The notes under the pieces are model-generated. The model saw only the letters and a program-made list of their open reading frames with translations, was not told the DNA's origin and ran no database searches. Below are positions 53,946 through 64,000 of a stretch of DNA of 64,000 nt, piece by piece (positions within the stretch are counted from its first letter, which is position 1; the number at the start of each line of letters is the position of its first letter). This DNA comes from Octopus vulgaris (Eukaryota), in the NCBI GenBank assembly GCA_951406725.2, contig OX597815.1, positions 2,294,001-2,358,000 of the forward strand, given 5' to 3'. A program made the position numbers and the translations under genes.

Positions 53946-56338
53946 TGCTTTCACTTCACTACCGAGCGCAGCTCTGTGTGCCTTGGGCACGTACTGTAGT
54001 TTTTTGTATTGATCATATTTTCACTGTATTGAAGTGTTTTACGTAGGCTGTGTACAGAGCCTAGTGCTATTTTCTGTATGTTATATATACTTGTTAGTCC
54101 TGGTGTTTTTGTTATGTATTTTTCTGAATATTTTTTTATCATGCCTAATGCACCTACTATGATAGGAATTGTTTCTGTTTTTAGATTCTACATTCTAGTT
54201 ACCTCTGTTTCCAGATCTTTGTATTTTGAAAGTTTCTCCATTTCTTTTAGAGACACGTTGTCATCTGCTGGTATTGATACATCAATTAGAAAGCATTTTT
54301 TTCTTCATGATCTCTGACAACTATATCTGGTCTATTGGCCTTAATTTCTTGATCTGTGTGTATTGGCATATCCCAGAGTATGGTTGCTTTCTCGTTTTCT
54401 GTGACCTTTTCTGGTGTGTGCCTATACCATCTTTTTTCTGTTGTTATTCTATAATGTTGGCATAGCTTCCAGTGTATGTAGGTCTCAACTCTAGCGTGTC
54501 AGTGAATATATTCCTTCTTAGCCAGGACTGGGCAGCCAGAGATAATATGATTTATTGTTTCTTGTCCATCTCCACATATTCTGCAGTTACTTGTTATATT
54601 TCTTTTCATTATATGTTTTTGATAATTTCTGGTGGGGAGGCTTTGATCTTGTGCTGCAATTAAAAATCCCTCTGTCTCTGCTTTGAGTCCTGAGCTTCTC
54701 AACCATTGCTGGGATTTTTCTTTGTCTATTTCTTTTGCATTTAGTTTAGTCCAGTATTTGCCATGAAGGGGCTTTTATTGCCATCGTTTTATCATGGTCT
54801 GTTGCTGTTCTAGTTTTAGTTTGGATTTCCTTTGTTTTATAGCTTTTGTTTCTTCTTCTTCTTCTTCTTCTTCTTCTTCTTCTTCTTCTTCTTCTTCTTC
54901 TTCTTCTTCTTCTTCTTCTTCTTCTTCTTCTTCTTCTTCTTCTTCTTCTTCTTCTTCTTCTTCTTCTTCATATTTGTTAGGTAGTGTGACTTCTTGTTTG
55001 TATTTGTCAGCTTCCTTAAATACTGAGAACTGTTTTTTGTTTTGCTCCTGTTTTGTGGCTATTTGTATTAGTTTTCCTCGCTTCTGAAGTAGGTATTTCT
55101 GTAGTCCTATGGTGGTTATTTTCTAATGGTTTTCTAGCTGTATAAGGCCTCTACCACCTCCGATACGTTGTATTTATAACCTTTACCTGTCAGATTTTGG
55201 ATGGTGCATCCTAAATCCTGTCATTATTTTTCTTGTTTTCCTGTCTATCTTAATTTGTTCATTTAAAATCCAGTTAAGAATATTGTAGCTGTAACTGGGA
55301 AGGCTACAGTTTTGATACCTGTTATCTTGTTTTTCGCATTGAGCTCTGTTTTCAGTATTAATCTAACTTGTCTATAGTATTCTTTTCTTATCTTCTCTTT
55401 CATTTGTGTGTTGTATCGTATCTGATTCATTGATTCCTTAAGTATTTGTATGGCTGGTTCTGATCTAATTCTCTTATTTCATTTGCTTTATCTAGTGTGA
55501 TGTTGCTACTCTTAACTAGTTTTCCTCTTTTCAAGGTTGCTTTGGCACATTTTTCTAATCCAAATTTCATGTTTATTTCTTAGGTAAATCCATGTACGTT
55601 CTGTAGTAATGCTTCTAGTTATTTATCATTTGTAGTGAACAGTTTTAGGTCAAGAGATGGCTGATTGCTTTGCCGTAATTATATGCACATCGAGTTCTGC
55701 TTAGCATATCAGATAGAGGTGTCAGTGGCAAGTAGAAAAGGAGTGGAGAGAGCGTGTCACCCTGGAATATTCCTCTTCTCATGGGGATGGCTTTAGTTTT
55801 TATGAGTCACTGTTTTTTCTGGTGTTCTAACATTATCTGCCATTTATTCATGGAATGTGTTATATATTTTATGATTATTGGTGCTAACTTGTTCATGGCT
55901 ATTGTTTCTAGGATCCATGTATGGGAAATGCTATCAAAATTCCTTCCGGTAATCGATCCACGCCATACTTAGGCCTTTCTCCTTTCTGTGGCTGTCTTCA
56001 GTTATGGCTTTATTGATCAGTAGCTGATCTTTGCAGCCCTATGAGCCCTTGCAGCATCCCTTCAGCTCTTCTGGAAACAGGTTGTTTTCGTCCGGATGTT
56101 TGCTCAGTCTCTACGATATTATTGCAGTAAAGACTTTGTAAATTGTTGGGAGACAAGTCATCGGTCTGTAATTTTGGGATTTGCCATTTCAGTGGATTTG
56201 GGAATTAGGATAGTTTTCCCTTCCGTGAGCCATTCAGGCAGGCTCTGCTAGTAGCTTATTAAATTTATCAGCCAGCTTTTTATGTGTTCCTGTTGGGTGT
56301 TTAACCAGAAGTTGAGAATCTTGCCGTGCCCGGGTGCC
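53946..56338 (-). mobile_element. R4/Dong LINE (RT through 3' UTR), same family as 1-1023
   Basis: KAPGHGKILNFWL, GIFQGDTLSPLLF, ETEGFLIAAQDQ and CRICG. Internal (GAA)n expansion at 54850-54968. Confidence 0.92.
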
Positions 56339-56412
<74 letters not shown>

Positions 56413-56436
56413 GCTATTATTATTATTATCATTATC

Positions 56437-56484
<48 letters not shown>

Positions 56485-56508
56485 GCTATTATTATTATTA
56501 TCATTATC

Positions 56509-56692
<184 letters not shown>

Positions 56693-56779
56693 TCAACATT
56701 ACTATCATCATCATCCTCATCATCATCATCATCATCATCATCATTATCATTATTATTTTTACTTTCATTATCATCTTTC

Positions 56780-58330
56780 AATTCTATTTCCATTTCTTGC
56801 CGAGTGTCTTCCTGACACCTAGGTCAGAGAAACACACTGTATACATTGGTAGGCCATTAAAACAAAGACACCAGATTGTTCGTCTTCAAAGTCATGTGAT
56901 TGGAAGAAAGACAGAGAAAAGAAGGAATAAAGAAAATGTAAAAAATAAATCAAAGAAAATAAGGGGGGGAAATGGAGAGAAATTTCACAGCGACGCTGCT
57001 CTTCTCACTGCTACGTGTGACGTAGCTGTGAAGACAATCTTTTGCCCTTCCTGCATACATGATAAGCCAGGGATCATTCCAGTTGTCCCTACAATCACTG
57101 GTATTCTAACCGTCTCGAGATACCACATGTTTTCGATTTCTATCAGCAAATCTTTATATTTTCTGCGCTTATCAAATACTTTTACCGAGATATTATGCTC
57201 ACAGGGTTTGCTCATGTCAATCAATAAACAGACTTTATGGTTTTGGTCTTTCACAACAATATCTGCTTTATTTGCTTTTGAGGGTCCGATCTGTAGATAC
57301 TGGAAAGTCCCAAAGAATCGTTACATTTGTCTTCAGCTCCTCAGCCTAAATCCTGATATTTCTCAATTCTTTTCAATTTCTTTGGTTTCGACTCTGCTCT
57401 GATAATGAATTGTAAACTCAAACATTCTTTGTTTATTTGGTCTTCTATAATTATATCTGGTTTTCTTGCTTCAGTTGTACGATTAGCTTTTAAAGGGAAG
57501 TCCCATAATATCCGGTAGCTCTCACTTTCTATCACAGCCTCTGGTTTGTGTTCATACCAGTTTTCTGTTATTTGGGGTCCACACACTTGGCTAACATCGC
57601 AATGCACTCTTTCACCTTCACAGTCATGCCTGCACTTATACTCTTTTTGTGTTAGTATACTGCACTCATTCAAGAGCCGATTGATACTTTCGTCTCCTTT
57701 CCAGCAGATTATACATGTGCTGTCTGAATTTTATTGATCTTGGTCTTTATCAGAATTGTCCTAATGGCTTGTTCCACAGCAGCTATAATTAGCGCTTCAG
57801 GTTCTTGTTTCGGGTTTCCATCTGACGGCCAAAGCCAGCATTCTTTAATTTCATCATTCTAAATTTGTTGCATCAATTGGCCATATGATTCCATTTCTTT
57901 CCCATTTACTTGTTCTGCTGTTTTCCCTTTTTCTCTTTGAATTCTTACACTATTTCAGTAACTGTTGGGGCATCGCTAACTGCCCATAGTATTCTTTCTT
58001 TGCTCTGCATATCATAATTTTAAACGCCGTCCCCAACAAATATCGCGATACTAACGTTGTCTTCTGCATTGATCCTCTGTCTCCTTCCTTTCTCGGTAGG
58101 AGGAGTTTGTCAGTATTGCTTTTAGGGTGGAGTATGTTGTGCATTGCGAGCAGTTTTCCATTTCTTCTATATAAGGTCAGTAGCTTGACCGTTGTCCATT
58201 TCAGAAAGGTAGCAGAAAATCTCAATACAGGCATGGTCCATGTACTTATGGTTTTAATGCTCTTCCTGCCATTTAATTTTGATTCGAACACCTTCCTAAT
58301 TCTCCTTTTGTACTCTTTGGGGGTTTCCCC
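56780..58330 (-). mobile_element. Two further decayed R4/Dong fragments
   Basis: VCLLIDMS..KYKDLLIEI (56985-57254), RHD...WYEHKPE..ILWDF..RKPDII (57341-57673), SKLNG...LHPKSNTD.L.LPRKEG (57950-58291). Confidence 0.8.
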
Positions 58331-58897
58331 AAATTTCTCCTTTCCTTATCCTATCGTCAGGCAAGTGTCTTTTACTAAAACTTCTGATCGACCAATGCAC
58401 AGCGAGGGAATTTCGGGGGTGGAAATCAAGTCCCATGTTTACCCCATATCCGCCACCACCGTTTGACAACCGGTGTTGGTTTGTTTACGTATCCGTAACA
58501 CAGCGGTTCGGCCACAGTGATCGATAAAATAAGAAGTAGACTTTAAAACATATAAGCACTGGGGTCGATCTGTTCGACTAAATTCTTCCAGGTGGAGCTC
58601 CAGCATGACCGCAATCCAATGAGGTAGAAAGGAAAAAAATTGAAATACAGTAGCAGAATTCGAGGGCTCAGGTCTGGATATTAATTTCGCTTCGTTTATT
58701 TGCATAAACTTGTTTGTTTAATCACGTGGCGTTTTGATTGCACAAGGAACGACTGTTTTTGCGCTAAGTGGAAGGAACTGATAACTAATGAGTTTGGGAA
58801 AAATCAAGGAGATTGCGGATCACCATTCTCTGCTTTCATTCATTGCTCCCCACCGCTGCCGCCGCCGCTGCCACTCTTCATTCAAACACGCCATATT

Positions 58898-58928
<31 letters not shown>

Positions 58929-58982
58929 ACCCACCCACACCCACACACACACACACACACGCACACGCACACACACACACAT

Positions 58983-59017
<35 letters not shown>

Positions 59018-59066
59018 GCCACGCCGCCACCACCAACCCCCGTCACTCTTCATTCAAACACGCCGT

Positions 59067-59104
<38 letters not shown>

Positions 59105-59269
59105 AGAAAGCCGCACAGTGACACGCGCGAACGTGCAGAGAAAAGAGTGCAACGCCGAGTGGAGTGGTTCGAATGCCGAGTGGAGGGGCTTCGTGCTTCA
59201 AGTCTGAAGCGTTCTTCACATTTAATTTGATATCACTAAAAACGTTTGGACAAAAGGCAGCGGGGAAAC

Positions 59270-59497
59270 AACAACAACAACGACGACTGTCACGACAACT
59301 GCAACATTACATTCACTAGCAACAACAACAACAGCAACAACAATAATAGTGACAAAAACAACATCACCACCAACACCAACACTACTACTACTACTATTAC
59401 TACTACTACTAATACTACTACTACAACGACTACTATTACCACCACCACCACCACCACCACCACCACCACCACCACTACTACTACTACCACCACCACC

Positions 59498-59529
<32 letters not shown>

Positions 59530-60090
59530 AAATAAAAGAAACAATACTAATAATACAATATGTTAGTTTCACCATCTCCACCGTTACTACCACCAACATC
59601 ATCTTCACCGTCATCACCACCACCACCACCACTACTACTACCACCGCCATCACAACCACCCTCCACCACCACCACCACCACCACCACCACCACCACCACC
59701 ACCACCACCACCACCACCACCACCACCACCACCACCACAACCACCACCACCACCACCACCACCACCACCACCACCACCACCACCACCACCACCACCACCA
59801 ACACCAACACCACCACCATCACCACCACCCCCATCACCACCACCACCACCACCACCACCACCACCAACACCACCACCACCACCACCACAACCACCACAAC
59901 AACCACCACCACCACCACCACCACCACCACCACCACCACCACCACCACCACCACCACCACACCACCACCACCACCACCACCACCACCACAACCACCACCA
60001 CCACCATCACCACCATCACCATCCCACCACAACCACCACCACCACAACCACCACCACCACCACCACCACCACCACCTCCGCCGCCGCCCC
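59270..60090. repeat. (CAA)/(CTA)/(CCA)n trinucleotide tract
   Basis: Direct observation. Confidence 0.95.
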
Positions 60091-60250
60091 CAGCTACGCT
60101 AAGGTTTTACACAATCTGTAGAATTCTACAATGTACAAAAGTCCATAAGTCATCACCATAGCAACAGCAAAAGAAGAAACAAGAACGGCAGGAGAGCAAT
60201 AGCAGCAACGACAGGAGAGCTACTGTGTATAAACACACACACACACACAA

Positions 60251-60281
<31 letters not shown>

Positions 60282-60349
60282 TATATAAATATATATATAT
60301 ATACACACATACATACAATTGTGTGTACATTTATATATATATGTATGTG

Positions 60350-60392
<43 letters not shown>

Positions 60393-60646
60393 GTGTATAT
60401 ATATGTATATATATATATATACACATACATATATATATATGTGTATTTGTGTATGTACATGCGTGTATATACACCTCCTTGAACAAAGCCGTATACATAC
60501 ATATGTATTTATATGTAAACATATATATGTACATGTGTATGGGTATATATAAATATGTGTGTGTGTAAATATATATATATATATATTTACACACACGCAC
60601 AGACTTATTTATACATACATACTTCAATAACATCTTTCTGTATAGA

Positions 60647-60801
<155 letters not shown>

Positions 60802-61323
60802 GACACACACATTTATACATACATTCTTCAATAACATCTTTCTGTATAGAGCATATTGTTATTAAAAGTCACGAATATGGCTTACTTCATTTCCGGGAGG
60901 TGATATAATATAAAATAAATAAATAAATAACAAAACAGACAAATATCAAACAAAAATATAACAAAGAAATAAATGAAAACACTAAAAAAACTATAAGTCT
61001 TAAGATGGTTGTCTCTATTATGTATAATTAACAGTTTCTCTCGAAGAATTTTTCCTTTCTTTCTCAATTCCATCGCTTCTTTCTCCGTTAACCATTTCTC
61101 GTTTCCTCTCTTTTATTTCTCAACTGGTTTCCGAAAACTGCAAATGTATAGAAGACGTAATTCCAAGTTAGGTTTTAACGTGACAAAGAGTTTACCTCGC
61201 GGCTATTTCTGGCACAATGTTTACCTCTAACGCAACGTTCGCTGCCAACATAAAACCATACTTTCTCTCTAAAACGGAATAGTTATCTTGCAATCGGCAC
61301 ACGGATTTTATTGGAAGCGACAG

Positions 61324-61412
<89 letters not shown>

Positions 61413-62050
61413 GTGAAAAGGATGCGTCCCGATGGTCAGGCGATCCATTTGCTGTCAACACTCGTTAAAAGGAGGACTGGGCATGCCGTGGTTGATGATG
61501 CGCAGACACGCGCTGAGACTGCAACATCTCCGGCTTTTTTTTTTTTTTACCGACGGTGAACAGGTGTGGTCGCCGTTTGTGAGGCACGCTTTCCCGCAGC
61601 TCGTCTCCATGACAGAACTGCAGTCGCGGATAAAAAAGAAGCCGAGGAAGGGCGAATGGCACCGCGAGTGTCGCGTTGCTCTCAAGCAACTATGCCGTCC
61701 CGGGTCGACCTTGAGTGACTTCAACACAACCCAAGCATTCTATAAGAGATTAGTGGAGGGGAGGTACGACGACGATCTTGGGGCGAACTTGGGCGTCGAC
61801 GAGGAATACCTGACACGCATGTTTGAGACGACTTTCGGGCCGGGACCTATGGACAACTTCCAGAGATCCCTGGCCTGGCAGTGCTACCGAGAAGCGCTAC
61901 CCGTTCGGGATAAGCTCTATAGGCATGGCTCGAGAATCACGGGGCCGACCTGCCCAAGATGCGGTCAGAGCGACGAAACCGTTCTGCACGCAATCGTGCA
62001 GTGTCCAACAATCTCCGACCTGTGGGCGTATGTCGAACGACTGCTCTACT
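61413..62050 (+). mobile_element. Tx1-like LINE fragment, paralog of 36625-37250
   Basis: KGGLGMPWL..RHALRLQHL...SLAWQCYREALPVRDKL..CPRCGQSDETVLH. Confidence 0.88.
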
Positions 62051-62329
62051 TCTTGTGCAACGGCTACAAATTGTTGGCGCAGCTGTTTTGAAGTTTCACT
62101 CCATCGATACATGGATATCTTTGAAGTCTTCAAGTTTAAATTCCAATGTTTGGAAGCAACTATGTGGCATCCTGATTCCCCTTGACTGTGTCAAGAACCT
62201 TCAAGGCCTGCCTCGACACAAATAAATTGAAACTCGAACCTATTAAACGTATCCTTTTAGTAGCAAACTTCAAAACCCAAACTGAATATGTGCCCTGTTT
62301 ACAGCAGATACTCGGAGCAATGAAAGATT

Positions 62330-62583
62330 TTTTTTGTTTCCTTCTCGAACCATGCCGGGCTCATGAGGGCCGGTTTCCTGGTTTCCGTGGAGTATAAATT
62401 CCCCTTGGGGACGGGACGCCGGTCCATCGCACTGTTACTCATTTTTGACAGCTAAGTGGATTGGAACCACGTGAAATGAAGTGTTTTGCTCAAGAACACA
62501 ACGTGTCGCCCGGTCCAGGAATCGAAACCACAATCTTTCGATCATGAGTCCAACATCCTAACCACTAAGCTACGCACCTCCAT
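62330..62583 (-). mobile_element. tRNA-headed SINE
   Basis: Minus-strand head ggaggtgcgtagcttagtggttagg...gtttcgattcc. Tail shared with 11640-11735. Confidence 0.8.
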
Positions 62584-62881
62584 GTAAGGAAAGACTGGAA
62601 CCGTAAAATTATGTCGGAATTTTAACTCCTATTGATGTATTATGTTTATTTATTGATGTATGAACAATTTCGGTGGAGTGTATCCAGCTTCTCGGACGCA
62701 AAAGTTCTTCTGTGCAGCACGGAAGGCAAAGAGCACCGGGCAACACTCACGAAAAATATCGAAATAAAAAAGAAATTGAGTAACGTCAAACAACGACGTC
62801 GTCAGAATAACTGTAAGTCTACTCGACGAAAGAGAACACTTGCTGACCTGCATGGTTTTACACAACGTCTACATGGATACA

Positions 62882-62984
<103 letters not shown>

Positions 62985-63894
62985 ATATATATATATATGT
63001 ATGTATTTGGAAAAAGGAAAAGAATGACTGCATTGGCAGTTCTAATCAGTTTTTTTAATAGTATAAATTTTACACTTTAGTTCGTAGGTATATCATCATC
63101 ATCATCATCATCGTTGTCGTCGTCATCATCATCATCATCATTGTTTTACGTCTGCTTTCCATGCTGGCTTGGGTTGGACAGTTTGGCTGCAGCTGGCCAG
63201 AAAGGAGACTACACCAGGAATGAGACCAGCCCCTTTACACTTCGTTCTTTCCACTTTTCTTTCTTTCGTTCGTTCCCCCTCTCTCACATTTCCTGGTTTT
63301 CTCTTCATTCTCACCTTCTCTCCTCTTTCACTTCACTCTCTCCTTTTTCTTTCTCGTCCCTCCCACATTCTTCTCTCCCTCTGCCTCTACCTCGCTTCTC
63401 TCTCCCCACGTGATCGGTGTTCGGCCAAGCCTGACCTTTCTTTGACTACCATCCCTGCAACATCTATATTCCTCCCTATGCCTGTCATCTCTTATGTCCC
63501 TGCCGTAAGGCTTTACTTCCACATATGCCAGCTTAATTTAATTCGTCCTTAGTCGAAAGAAACCTGTTGGTATTTCCTGTCATTTGTATTTGTATTTGTG
63601 TACCATTTCTCCGTCCTTCTTTTCGTATACATTCGCTGCTTTCTTTCAAGGAATCTAATGCTGTTAGCTTAATTTTTCCTTGGGGCTGACCAAATTGGAG
63701 CAATCTCGTGTGTAACCAGCCGAAATTGTAAAGATAATCTGCAACTCAGCTGAGGAAAGAAAACTTCGAATGACCCATCAGTGTTTTTTCTTGTCCCTCT
63801 TTTGTATCATCTGTCAGGATGTTTTGTTGTCCCTTTTTCGTATCATCTGTCTGTCTGGATGTTTTGCGTTCTTGTCCCATTTTTTGTATTCCTT

Positions 63895-63961
<67 letters not shown>

Positions 63962-64000
63962 CATCTGTTTGTTGTCTACACCACCTGTCTTCGTCTTTTG
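63962..64000 (+). mobile_element. Fragment of the 8147-9075 element family at the window edge
   Basis: catctgtttgttgtctacaccacctgtcttcgtcttttg is the reverse complement of about 8580-8617, next to (TA)n. Confidence 0.7.

Overview
Eukaryotic, AT-rich, microsatellite-saturated DNA. The SINE/LINE repertoire suggests a coleoid cephalopod, probably Octopus (inference, not database-checked). Almost all long ORFs in the track are microsatellite artefacts or decayed retroelement ORFs. Recognisable elements include R4/Dong RLE-type LINEs (a same-strand nest in (TAA)n at about 51.8-58.3 kb), RTE, CR1-group and Tx1-like LINEs, Penelope-like (PLE) RT/GIY-YIG remnants, a fragmented Gypsy LTR element, two Tc1/mariner relics, a non-autonomous Helitron and many tRNA-headed SINEs. 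One probable host exon is visible: a signal-peptide exon with a phase-1 GTAAGA donor at 9916-10000 (-). The most notable signal is a dispersed set of more than 10 small non-coding elements carrying type-I hammerhead-ribozyme (HHR) motifs, most of them sitting in or beside (TA)n tracts. They come in several architectures: (i) two 170-190 bp-arm fold-back palindromes whose apex sits at or just 5' of the HHR; (ii) an element of about 1.3 x 534 bp resembling a retrozyme, with a canonical HHR; (iii) tandem minimal HHRs with a variant CUGUNGA core; (iv) a tRNA-headed SINE-like element carrying an HHR and a PLE-style inverted terminus, which may be a Penelope-mobilised SINE. Coordinates of decayed elements are approximate, and no ribozyme activity can be established from sequence alone.
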